Shown: one piece after another, positions 25,669 to 37,219 of the stretch
Position numbering within the stretch: the first letter of the stretch is position 1
Layout: the number at the start of each line of letters is the position of its first letter
Assembly: GCA_010909165.1 (NCBI GenBank)
Contig: VJWM01000103.1
Coordinates: 558,001-622,000, forward strand
Origin: Anthoceros angustus
Lineage: Eukaryota > Plantae > Anthocerotophyta
Reading direction: 5' to 3'
DNA length: 64,000 nucleotides
The notes under the pieces: generated by a model
Database searches by the model: none
The model's input: the letters and a program-made list of their open reading frames with translations, nothing else
Told to the model about the DNA's origin: nothing
Translations under genes and position numbers: made by a program

Positions 25669-26348
25669 TTAGAGCATTGTCATTAGTTGAGAAGCCTGCA
25701 GAGCGTGTGCCTTCGCATTCTGAAGCCTTTCATTTAACGTGGTGTCCTTCCGCGCCGCTCCGACGAGTGCCATATCCATCTGCAATAGCCTGATCACTCT
25801 GAGGATCTCAAACATAACCTGCTGATCACCTGCTCCTTGGAGCTTCGTTGTAGCCTGACTCAACTGACTGAGCACTTCTTTGCCTGCTTTTGCTGTAGCC
25901 TGTCCGCTGCCGCGTGGTGCCTCCAATAGTATAATAAATTCCTGAAGAAGATCTGACATTGCACCACAAGCAGCCTCCCTATCCTGTCCTGTATTCTGTG
26001 ATGAATTGGGAAGGAAATCTGTGAGCAAGTACCCAATGCAGTCAGTCCTCACAACTCCTTTATCAACCCCTGTCACACCAAGCCAAGCGTTCTCCACTTA
26101 CCTGCGTTGCCTGCAGAATTTCTGCACGGCAAGAGAGCAGAATGTGCGATTGTCAGTCGAGAAACACGGAAGCGAGGCACAGGACAGCGGTTCCGGGCAT
26201 GGTTTGCACCAAGCCTTCCAAACGGCGCGAATGCGGAACAGTCCCTCCCCAGGGAACAGGGAGCTATTTGAGCCCAGTCCTCATCAGCCTCCTTGAAGAC
26301 GATAGAAAGGAACGATGCTACAGGTGAAGACCCCAGAATGGACACCAT
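25669..26348 (-). CDS. Uncharacterised ~200-aa protein, two exons, possibly plastid-targeted
   Basis: ATG 26348; exon 1 ends GCA G|gtaagt, and the acceptor ttgctcacag|AT joins it in frame to a helical C-terminal ORF ending QASQLMTML*. The N-terminus is S/R/A/C-rich. I cannot name the family. Confidence 0.55.
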
Positions 26349-26777
26349 GTTCTGTCAGCCACACATGTGAATGTGGATACGAACTCAGCTAGCACCTGTG
26401 TGTGTGTTTCCTCCCCACTTTCAAGCAGATGCGGGAACGTATTGCATATTCCAAGCCTATTAGGCTATGGTTGCGAGGACGCCGGCAAGAGACCTCTAGA
26501 AACACATGCCCATCCGGTTTTACATTGGAAATCCCATCTCATGACACGAGATATATCCATATGTCTTTGATATGCCTTCACAGGGCTAATTTGAAATTTT
26601 TACACACAAAGAACTAGAGGGTGGGAACAATGGGCACATAGGTACTACCTACTACATATACAGTGCAAGCGTTGAGACCTGGAGACTAGAGTAGACAAAG
26701 TGCTTGGAAAATTTGCCCAATCCAATGATGGCGCTCATCTTAGGTAGTAGTGATAAATTTTTTAATGGTGACATTGC

Positions 26778-29700
26778 CTATTCAGGCCTCGTAGTCCCTG
26801 CTGGATTTAACTGGGGGATGGAGACGCAATAACAAAGAATTAGAGACCACAAATACTGAGCTCATGGCCATCATCCCACCTGCAAAAACGAGAGGACTCT
26901 TCAGTGACTTAAAACGCTAAATCTAAAACCACCCTTGACTGAATTAAGGCATGTCTATTACCTGCAAGCGATGGTGTCAAAGCGAAGTCGAAAGCTGGTA
27001 GGAAGACTCCTGCAGCAATTGGCACGGCTACTGCATTGTAGGTGAGAGCCCAGGCGAGGTTTTGATACACCTTCTGAATTGTAGCTCGAGATAGATCTAT
27101 TGCCTCCACTACCTGCATATGGCCGGGAACGGGGCTCAGAAATCGTCGACATACCCAAGAAAGTCTTCAGCAGCAGCAGTAAGCGAGAGTGACCTGGAAT
27201 AGGCGATTCCTAAGCAGGATAACGGAGGCAGCATCTGAGGCAGCATCTACTCTTGACTGGATTTTCAACGCCATGCCTACATCGGCTCGAGCGAGTGCTG
27301 GTGCGTCGTTCACACCGTCTCCTATCTTTACAGACAGTAGAGACAGAGCGTTACAAGAGGAATCGTACCAACTGGATCAAAGATATTGCTTAGTTGCAAG
27401 ACACCAACGATCAGATACAGATCAGAGTCTCACCATAGCAACCACAGAGCCCTGCTGCCGCAGAGATGACACTGCGTCAGCTTTCTCATTTGGGCGCATA
27501 CCTCCTTGCACACTGGCAGCTCCATCAATTCCCACACTCTTAGCAACCCTAGCAACAGCTTCCCTTCTGTCCCCTGACAGAACGAGTGTTTCTGCTCCAA
27601 ACTCCTTCAACCTGGACACATGAAGAGAGAGGGAATGATAAGAGCTGTGTCACAAGTGATGTCAGGGCCACTGAGCTTCGCGAAAGGCTTACATCCTCAA
27701 CTCACCGATCTATGGTCTCCTTAGCATCTTTTCTCAGAGAATCAGTCACAGCGATTGCGCCGATTACACCAGTGCCCTCCACACCCACAAAGACAACTGT
27801 CTGTGATTGCTCGAGTAGTGATTCGTCCATGCTCTTGGATAAGGACTCTCTCAGATACCTGTCTGTGTCAGGGGTCGTCGACTCTGTGCTACTTGCATCA
27901 GAGCGGACATTGCAGCATCCTAGGACCCACCTATAAACCCCAATAGCCACTACACGACCATCCACCTCTGCAAGCGCCCCACATCCAGGCTCCGTTAGAT
28001 GGCCTGTAGTAGCTGGGGATGAGAGCCCGAGAGCCTCAGCTCTAGCTACTATGGCGGATGCAATTGGATGAGATGTATTTCTCTCCACAGCAGCTGCCAA
28101 CTGAAGGATGGAGCATTCATCATGCCCGTCCAGAGCGGCTATAGCGGCTACACTTGGATGACCTTCCGTTAGAGTCCCTGTCTGGAAATCAGAAAACAGA
28201 AATCAGGAATTCATCTTTTAGACGTAGCCTGGCATCATCAAATGATATGAGCACCTTATCAAAAATGACTCTGTCCACTCGAGCCAAGCGCTCTAGCACA
28301 TCACCTCCCCGAATTAACAGTCCACGCTTGGCACCTGAAATGAATCACAGCGGCATTGGAGGCTAAACGGCGAATTCTCTCATGCAGGTACAGATTTTAA
28401 GGTAGAAGCGACTTACAACAGCGTTACCTAGAGATGTACCGATGAGAACAGCAGTTGGCGTGGCCAGTCCAAGTGCACAAGGACAGGCCACCACCTGACA
28501 ACACGGAACGTTTTTGTGCCCACATTTAGTGCACCGAACCATGCCTTGAAAGAGGGGTTAGCTACAATCCTAAACTTAAGCCACCACAAAAGACTGCAGA
28601 AGACGCCGAGCCCTTCCTCACCAGGACATCAATGGCTAGCTTCAGGCTGAGAAGAAGGGTATCCCCATCAGGTCCTGCTGCATCATTCAAGAGCACGTCC
28701 GGAAACAGAGATGTCCCGACGAAGTACCTACACAGAGTCACAACTTCGTTTAAAAAGCAGTAGGCACACTCATTTGCACAGCAAGTCCGCAGCACAACAC
28801 TATTCCAAAGAAAAAAAGGCCAACGAGCTACACCAGAAAGAGAACGTGGCTCCTGAAAGTGCCATGATAGTAAAGGCAAACGGTCCAGCGATCTTATCGA
28901 CAAAACGTTGCACGGGTGCTTCCCTCCCTTGTGCGTCCTCCACCTGAAAGCAGAGCAACCCAGAGCACTTGTATTAGGTTTAGGCCGCTGCTTGCAATCC
29001 AAACAATGTATGAAAGCAGGAAGCGTTGGAGATGGAGTGGCGCAACAGTGTCTTTCTCACCATCTGGATAATACTTGATACGGCCGAGTGAGCCCCGGTT
29101 GCAGTGGCCTTGATGCGGATAGGACCTTCCTGCCAGCATTAGAAAACAGATTGACTTAGTCTATCTTACAAAGCTTTTGCTCATACTGCAGCCGCGTCTG
29201 GTAGAGCAGTAGCTTTACCCAGTTCGTTGTTCCTGCTGAGACAGAGAGGCCCTTCATTTTAGTAACCGGTAGAGGTTCACCAGTTAGCATTGACTCATCC
29301 ACAGCACTTCGGCCAGCCAGCACCTTTCCCTGAAAGAAGAGGCAGTCTGTTGTAAGAGAGGTTGACCCTTGGTTTCAACAACATGGTGTTCAATTGTGCT
29401 ATTAGAACAACGGTTCGCTTCATGCAGTCACTCACGCTGAACAGACTGGGAACAAGAGTTTACATCGACAGGGATAGTCTCGCCTGGAAGCACAAGAAGG
29501 CTGTCTCCAATACGAACTTGCTCCGTTGCCACTTCCACAGCCAATCCCTGGCTAACAGATAATTCTGTATCATCACTTCCTCCCTCCTCTGATACGAGGA
29601 GTCTTGACTTCGAAGGTAACAATGACTGGTACCAAGCAGAAGTGAACGTCAAGGTTGCTTGTGTAGACGTAGCGAGAGGTTGCCAATGTCATCACTTTTG

Positions 29701-31205
29701 TCCACATAACGGTTCCATCACCATCAGAAACCACTTACCAGAAGCTCTTGCATGTCACTAGAAGCCTGAACTCGAGCACGAGCTTCTAGAGCTCGGCCGA
29801 GCAGTACGAAGGCTAGTAGCATCACCTGCGGAAGAAGTAATATAGTTGAGCTAATAAGAGCATTCACCAATACATGGACCACAAAGCAGCTGAACACTGA
29901 TAAGGAAAGGTAAGCACCGGTTCATCGAAGAAAGAAGCATCCCAGTTGAGATCAGGATTTGCCAAAGACACCTGAGATGAGCATAAACGAGCAACGCACC
30001 TCAGGAAGTCTGTGTGGACTGCATACCCCATGACAGACAGACAGCAACACAAAACACCACAAAACAGAGAACGAAGGCAGATGTTGTTTGCTCACAGTAC
30101 TAATGAGGAATGCTGAACTTGCACCAAAACCAACAAGGGTGTTCATATTTGGTGATTTCCTGGCGAAGGCTTTGGCGCCATCTACCAGCAACTCTGCAGC
30201 CGAACAAGGAGACCTTGAAAAACCTCGGCCACAACCACAACAGGTTTCTAAGTTGGAGTCCCCAAAGAACAACAAAGCACACCTCTTGCAGGTCCGAGTA
30301 GAGTGACAGATGCCACAGCGCACTTAAACACGGCATTGTGAAGAACATCCGCAACAGGACCTGGATACAAAGTGCAGTTATGCGGATGGCGATGCAGATG
30401 GGGCAGAAGAAGACACAGCAAACGAGCGCACTGAGAGCCGACCGATACCGTGCATAAGCCCATGAAATCCAAAGTCGTGTGCAAAATGAGCGGCATGAGT
30501 GCCGCAGCACAAGGCTACGAGCGTCCAAGCAAATGCGACCTGCCTCGTGCTCTTTCTGATCAGCTCCTCCTTCCTCTCCGCCATTTCCCTTCTCTTCTGC
30601 TCAGCACTCCCTTCACCTACCCCTGCCACCCTCTGCTTCGATGGGAATCCCGACACGGAGAGTCGAGCGGCCAGCTCATCCCCCACAGCTGCACAAGTCT
30701 CACTGGTCCTAATCCGAATGGCAGCGGTCTCAGTGACCATGTTCACAGCAGCGGATTCCACTCGCTCATCGGCAGCCAGCAGGTTGCGGACTCTGGCCAC
30801 ACATCCTCCGCACATCATGCCCTCAACATCTAACACAACTGCATATCCTGTGCTGTTCTGCTGCTCAGGTGGCACGACATCGAGCTTGATTGCTCGAATC
30901 CGCCCGGCTCTCCGCAAGGTCCTGCTGGAGATTCTACCCCGCAAGGGAGCTCGGCTGGAGGCAGACCCCGCACATTTCCCAGACCTTAAACTGAATTCCA
31001 ATGCCCCCCGCCCCGCAATGGCAGCGGGTCCTGCAAGCCCCCGACCACATAACAGGTGCTTGTGTCCCAGCATCTTGAGCCTCCTACCCCCTGGGACTCC
31101 AAGCAAATGCAAGACCTTCCTTTCCACAAAAAAGCTCCCTGTATCCTGCCCCGGTGCAGGAATTGCAACCCAAGACGCAGCCATGGCCGCCGGCCCGCCC
31201 ATCAT
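26778..31205 (-). CDS. PAA2: Chloroplast P1B-type Cu-transporting ATPase PAA2/HMA8 (multi-exon)
   Basis: HMA domain [87 protein letters not shown] and [15 protein letters not shown]. The [10 protein letters not shown] / VNMVTETAA signature favours PAA2 over PAA1. Confidence 0.9.
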
Positions 31206-32913
31206 AATTCCAGCTGCTCTGGCTCATCGGCCTCGTCCATGCCCACTCAGGGGCTTTGGCCGTGCGATGAATGTGATAACTCCTGGATGAGTCTCAGCAG
31301 CAAACTCACCTCAATTATGCACACAGTGATCAATCAATCCCGCGTCTGGCGCATTATTGGTGGGCAGTGGGGCACAGCCCATTTGTACGTACAATGTCAC
31401 AGACTGGTCGACAACACGCTCATCTCGAGGCCACAAATGACGATGCAACGCGTAGCGACGCCAGATAGGACATCCGGTTAAGATACCGTCAACTCTATCC
31501 AGCCACACGGCTCCTTTTTAAAATTTGAGAAATCAGTTATGACGCCTTCTAGTCTTGCTAGACGCAGCAAGATTGATTGATGAGAGGGCAAATTGCAATC
31601 GCAGCCTGGAGCCTGTCTGCACAGTTAGCTATGTCAAAGACTCGAAGAGCCTGTGCAGAAATGACGCATCTTTGATACTGTGATGGCAGCTTGAGTTGAG
31701 CAGTCGACAAGACCTGTACAAGGTGGTGGTAAAATATCGATGGTGCCTCAGGCCTGAAGCCACTGGTGCAAAACGAAGTGTCACCAAGGTGTAGTCCCTT
31801 GATGCAGAGAACCCTGGAGACTGGAGAAACCACAGATGCCAAGTGTTCTCCACATCTGGCCAACCAGTCGTCAGTGCCGATGTGTTGCCGGATTGGTAAG
31901 TGGATTGTCTTCTTTGAATTCGGTCTTTCGTACGAGGAGCACCCGTGTAGTGCACGCAGGAGGCATGGCAGACAGGCGCATGTATCGGAGCACGAATGAT
32001 CCAGCCAGGGTTGCTGTGCGCACTGCGCAGATGAAAGTGCACAATCTGTAGTACCATATCCTGCGATAGGTCGAGCGCTCCATGTGATTTGCGCTCGCGT
32101 TGGGGATTGTACATATCAGGGTCACGTCAAGGGTATACATCAGCTGCAGATGGCAATCAATTGATGGTGAAGCGACGTCGAATGCCTCCTATTTACGACC
32201 GCCACGGATTCATCTCCCCAAGCTTACAAGCCAAGCAAACAAGTCCAGAAATGAATGTGCATCCAGCGTTGCAGACATGTATAAGAAGCATCCCGGTCAA
32301 TATACACTACATCCGGTCTCTCTGCTGTGAATGTTTGTACACCATACAATAACTTTGGGAATGGCCAATCGCATGTCTGCTGCTGCTTGTCCCTCCCCGC
32401 CGAGCAGTGATCACTGCCTGTTCAAACATGCATGCGTTTGGGAATGTCCAGTCGCATGCTAGTCCCTCCCTGTATTGAGGCACACTAACTGGTTAGGGTA
32501 GCCCATGGTGGATCCGAATGCGGCGCAGGTGATGTTGGAGCCGACAGCTTGATCAGCGCACGCCTCCTCGCATCATTTGCGAGGAGCTTGCAGCATCATC
32601 CCGGCGGGAAAATGTCGTCAAAGCCGCTGCTCAGAGCTGCTGGGGCTTTCACCATCGTCAGTTATGTCCCCGAGGAGCTTCACAGACCTCACGGATCCTT
32701 GGCCTTCCGGAGTGTGAGGCCCATTCCGGATTCGGCCCCCCGCCTTTCGTTTCGCGGGGGCCTGCTCTTGTAAATCGAAGTGAAGTGTGCTGCCCACAGC
32801 TGCGACCATCCGCGCATCCCTTGACGACGTTCAGGTTGGTGGTGGCTACATCCACTTTTCGAAGTGAGACATGGAAATCAAGGGCTGTCCGATGTTAGTA
32901 CCTTGAGCTTGTA

Positions 32914-32921
32914 AAACCCTA
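32914..32921 (+). promoter_or_regulatory. Telo-box (AAACCCTA) upstream of the PPR gene
   Basis: Exact match ~340 bp upstream of ATG 33254; function inferred from motif only. Confidence 0.4.
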
Positions 32922-33253
32922 GGGATTGGCGACCATACAAGGATTTGTACTCTGTTGCCCGGATACATTGCGAACATTTGACGCCACCTTTGAAACCTCT
33001 TCTCAGCACACGGTGATGCGCTGCTTTAGATCAAATATGTCTGGATGATTGAGGCAAGTGAATGTAGCCACTTGTCATGTCGTTGCAAGGAGGGAAACAG
33101 ATGGGAGGACATGTTTACAAACTTGTTAACCACTTGAAAGCTTGATGACGCCCGTTCTGTGTTCGGATCCTCGTCTCCAGTGGGGTGACATGATCCTATG
33201 GCATGGTCCAGGGATCGGTGCATCCACAGTTTCAGTGCTTGCTCTTGCGAGCC

Positions 33254-36200
33254 ATGGCTGTGTGGAGGTTAATAGGTCTTCTAGGAAGAGCTCCGGCTCA
33301 CCTGATGTCAAGGAACCAGCCGTTCGCGAACAACGAAGCGGCGAGGTGCAGCACCTTGGCAATGAGGCCACCCAATTCAACAGGATGTCTGGCTGGAGCC
33401 GAATCTCCCAGCGACCAGGAGGTCCTCGGGCTGCACAAATTCTACAAGCCAGCTTGGGTGGGTGGGCAGCTGGCTGCTCTGGATATGCAGATGGGTCGTA
33501 CATCCAACTGCAGCTTGCTGGATGATCTTGACCCTTGCAGGACTACAGGATACGCAGGGGATGTAACGGCTGAAACCGTCAGCAAGCTTTGTCAGCAGGG
33601 GCAGCTCACCGAGGCCGTTGAGGCTCTTGGAGTTTTAGTGCACACAGGATGTCATCTGTCCAAATCCCTCTTTCATTCAGTCATAAAAGAATGTGTGGCT
33701 AAGAAGGATCTTGCTCTGGGTCGGGCAGTTCATGCTCTCACCGTGAAGAAGAGGTATGATTCGGATACGTCCCTGTGCAACCACATCCTTCGAATGTATG
33801 CTTCTCATGGCAGGCTGCAAGAAGCTATGGATGTCTTCAATGTAATTTCCACACCAGATGCCTTCACGTGGTGTGCCATAATTTCTGGTCATGTTAAGCG
33901 TGGACAAGATAAGCAGGCTATCGAACTGTATCATCAGATGCGCAGGTCCAGTGTGAAGCCCAATGGCCATGTGTTTGTAGCAGCCCTTCAGGCTTGTGTG
34001 AGGGGAGCAGACTTGAAAGCTGGCCAGCAGGTGCATGCTGATGTGCTGGCTACTGGCGTTGAGCCTGATTTGTTTGTGTGTAGTTGCTTGGTGGACATGT
34101 ATGCAAAGTGTGGCAGCTTACAAGACGCTAAAAGAGTGTTTGACGGGCTTCCTCAGAAAGATGTGGTGACGTGGAATGCCATGATAGCAGGATACTCACA
34201 GAAGGGCATGGGGCATGAAGCCCTTCATCTTTACAATGCCATGCAAGAGGAGGGCATGGCTGTACCAAATTCTGTGACATTTGTGTGCCTCTTGCAGGCA
34301 TGTGCGAGTGTTGGAAACTCAGCTCTGGAGAACGGCAGGCAGTTTCATTCACGAATTAAAGAACAAGGACTTCAAGCTGATGAATTTGTGGGTGGGAGCT
34401 TGGTAAACATGTATGCAAAGTGTGGCAGTGTAGAGGATGCTCACGCTGTGTTTGACGGACTTGGTCAGAAATCTGTGGTGACTTGGAGTGCCATGATTGC
34501 AGGATACTCCCAGCTGGGCAGGGGACAGGAAGCCCTTTGTCTTTACACCGCTATGCATCAAGACGGCATGGCTGCACCCAATTCTGTGACATTTGTCTGC
34601 CTCCTACAGGCATGTGCAAGTGTAGGCACCGCAGCTTTGGAGACAGGGAAGCAGCTTCATGCTCAAATTAAAGGTCGAGGGTTTCTGGCTGATGTGTTTG
34701 TGTCCAACAGCTTGGTGAACATGTATGCAAAGTGCGGGAGCATAGAGGATGCTCAGGTTGTGTTCGACGGACTTGATCACAAAAATGTTGTGACATGGAG
34801 TACCATGATATCAGCATACTCCCAGCAGGGCATGGGGCAGGAAGCGCTTAGTCTTTATGAGGCTATGCAAAGGGAAAGTATTGTTATACCCAATCCCGTG
34901 ACATTTGTCTGCCTCCTTCAGGCATGTGCAAGTGTTGGTGCTCCAGCTTTGGAGAAAGGAAAGCAGCTCCATGCACGAATTAGAGAAGAAGGGCATATGG
35001 CTGATGTGTTTGTGGCCAACAGCTTGATAAATATGTACGCAAAATGTGGTTGCCTAGAGGATGCTCGGGTTGTGTTTGACGGGCTTTGTCGAAGGAATGT
35101 GGTGACGTGGAATGCTATGATCGCAGGATATTCCCAGCAGGGCATGGGGCAGGATGCCCTGCTCCTTTACAGTGGTATGGTACAAGAAGGCACCGCTGCA
35201 CCAAATTCTGTAACATTTGTGAGCCTCCTGCAGGCATGTGCAACTATGGGGACTGCAGGTTTTGAGAAGGGGAGGCAGCTCCATTCACAAATTAGGGATC
35301 ATGGACTTCAGGCCGATGTGTTTGTAGCAAACAGCTTGGTAAACATGTATGCGAAGTGCGGCAGCCTAGAGGATGCTCAGGTTGTGTTTGATGGTCTCCG
35401 GGAAAAAACTGTGGTGACGTGGAATGCTATGATAGCAGGATATTCCCAGCGGGGCATGGGGCAGGAAGCTCTTAATCTCTACAACGCTATGCAACAAGAA
35501 GGGAGTGATGCACCCAATTCCGTCACATTTGTGTGTCTCCTGCAGGCTTGTGCAAATGTGGGCACCCCGGCTGGGGACATGGGTAAGCAGCTTCATGCAC
35601 GCATTACAGAGCTGGGACTTGAAACTGACGTGTTTGTGGCCAGCAGTTTGGTAAATATGTATGCAAAGTGTGGCAGCTTGGAACACGCCCAACGAGTGTT
35701 TGATGGGCTTCCTCAAAAAGATTTAGTGACATGGAACGCTATGATAGCAGGATATTCTCAGCAGGGAATGGGGCAGGAAGCCCTTCGTCTCTACAGGGCT
35801 ATGCAAGAAGAAGGCATTGTTGGGCTCGATTCTCTGACATTTGTATGCCTGCTGCAGGCCTGTGCAAGTGTGGGCGACCCGGCCTTGGAAACAGGAAGGC
35901 AGCTTCATTCACAAATTAGAGAACAAGGACTTCAAGCAGATCTGTTGGTAGCCAGCAGTTTGGTAAACATGTATGGAAAGTGTGGCAGCTTGGAGGATGC
36001 TCACAGTGTGTTCGACGGCCTTGGTCACAAAAATGTGGTGACATGGAGTGCCATGATAGCAGGATATTCCCAGCAGGGCATGGGGGAGGATGCCCTGTGC
36101 GTTTATAAGGCTATGCAAGAAGAAGGAATCGTTGGACCCAATTCAGTGACATTTGTGTGCCTCCTTCAAGCGTGTGCAAGTGTGGCAGCTTTGCACCTGG

Positions 36201-36931
36201 GAAGGCAGCTTCATGGACAGATTAAAGACCATGGGCTTCAAGCTGATGTGCTTGTGGCCTGTAGTTTGATAAACATGTATGGGAAGTGTGGTAGTATGGT
36301 TGATGCACAGCAGGTGTTTGAAACATTGCCCAAAAGAGATGTTGTTGCCTGGAACGCACTGATTGCGGGATACACCCGTCAAGGCGACTGTGAAAAGGTC
36401 TTTGACCTTGTCGTCGGAATGAGAGAGGATGGTATCAAGCCAGACGGCGTAACACTTCTGAGTGTTCTTACCGTATGCAGTCATACGGGTCTAGTGAAGA
36501 AGGGGCAAGAGTACTTTGAGGCTATGAGGATACGCTACGGCATCACTCCCACGGCCGACCACTACACATGCATGGTGGATCTCCTGGGTCGTGCAGGACA
36601 ACTGGATGAGGCACTAGCCTTAGTGAGGACAATGCCCGTACCGCCTAATGCTGTAGTCTGGCACACGCTACTGGGTGCGTGTCGGAAGTGGAGCAACCTG
36701 GAGGTGGGACGCCATGCCTTCGAAGCAGCAGTGAAGCTAGACAAGCTAGATGCCGCAGCCTACGTATTGATGTCGAATATATACACCAGCGCTCAGATGT
36801 GGGAGCAAGCACAGGAGATGCAGACGAGAAGAGTACGAACCAATGCATGGAAGGAGCCGGGACAGAGCTGCTGGACAGATCTGGACGGTGTGGTACATCG
36901 TTTTTTGGTCAGGGAAATGAAGCAAGGCTGA
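33254..36931 (+). CDS. PLS-class PPR protein (~30 motifs) with E1-E2 and PG-box, no DYW; organellar RNA-editing-factor type, intronless
   Basis: Nine MY(A/G)(K/S)xG S-motifs in repeating P-L-S triplets, then P2-L2-S2 (HYTCMVDLLGRAG), E1 (VVWHTLLGAC), E2 (AAYVLMSNIY) and KEPGQSCWTD..VHRF followed by a stop. The ORF opens at 33203; the first plausible ATG is 33254. Confidence 0.93.
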   Translation: MAVWRLIGLLGRAPAHLMSRNQPFANNEAARCSTLAMRPPNSTGCLAGAESPSDQEVLGLHKFYKPAWVGGQLAALDMQMGRTSNCSLLDDLDPCRTTGYAGDVTAETVSKLCQQGQLTEAVEALGVLVHTGCHLSKSLFHSVIKECVAKKDLALGRAVHALTVKKRYDSDTSLCNHILRMYASHGRLQEAMDVFNVISTPDAFTWCAIISGHVKRGQDKQAIELYHQMRRSSVKPNGHVFVAALQACVRGADLKAGQQVHADVLATGVEPDLFVCSCLVDMYAKCGSLQDAKRVFDGLPQKDVVTWNAMIAGYSQKGMGHEALHLYNAMQEEGMAVPNSVTFVCLLQACASVGNSALENGRQFHSRIKEQGLQADEFVGGSLVNMYAKCGSVEDAHAVFDGLGQKSVVTWSAMIAGYSQLGRGQEALCLYTAMHQDGMAAPNSVTFVCLLQACASVGTAALETGKQLHAQIKGRGFLADVFVSNSLVNMYAKCGSIEDAQVVFDGLDHKNVVTWSTMISAYSQQGMGQEALSLYEAMQRESIVIPNPVTFVCLLQACASVGAPALEKGKQLHARIREEGHMADVFVANSLINMYAKCGCLEDARVVFDGLCRRNVVTWNAMIAGYSQQGMGQDALLLYSGMVQEGTAAPNSVTFVSLLQACATMGTAGFEKGRQLHSQIRDHGLQADVFVANSLVNMYAKCGSLEDAQVVFDGLREKTVVTWNAMIAGYSQRGMGQEALNLYNAMQQEGSDAPNSVTFVCLLQACANVGTPAGDMGKQLHARITELGLETDVFVASSLVNMYAKCGSLEHAQRVFDGLPQKDLVTWNAMIAGYSQQGMGQEALRLYRAMQEEGIVGLDSLTFVCLLQACASVGDPALETGRQLHSQIREQGLQADLLVASSLVNMYGKCGSLEDAHSVFDGLGHKNVVTWSAMIAGYSQQGMGEDALCVYKAMQEEGIVGPNSVTFVCLLQACASVAALHLGRQLHGQIKDHGLQADVLVACSLINMYGKCGSMVDAQQVFETLPKRDVVAWNALIAGYTRQGDCEKVFDLVVGMREDGIKPDGVTLLSVLTVCSHTGLVKKGQEYFEAMRIRYGITPTADHYTCMVDLLGRAGQLDEALALVRTMPVPPNAVVWHTLLGACRKWSNLEVGRHAFEAAVKLDKLDAAAYVLMSNIYTSAQMWEQAQEMQTRRVRTNAWKEPGQSCWTDLDGVVHRFLVREMKQG

Positions 36932-37219
36932 GAGTAGAGGAGCGAAGCGTCATTCACGGGGATGTAAGTCGCTGGAGAGTTCTACTAATGGGCGGTAGGT
37001 TTTGCTGCCCGCAATGTCTCGTACTTGAGATGGTTTTGCCCAAATCACCTACCTGCCTCGTCATGTTGATTTTGTAAGGACTGTAAGGAATCTTGATTGC
37101 TATGGGCGCAGACACGGCATGGGACTTCTCTGAAGTTCAAGCGGCCCGTGCCAGTTGCCATGGATGCATGAGCTCGCTGGATAGGTATACTTGACATGTG
37201 TTGAGGACGAAGCCTGTCG

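Noticed and set aside
36900-37100. Frameshifted DYW domain after the PPR
   Set aside because: No HSE/CxxC/DYW-like motifs in any plus-strand frame before the TBL 3' end.
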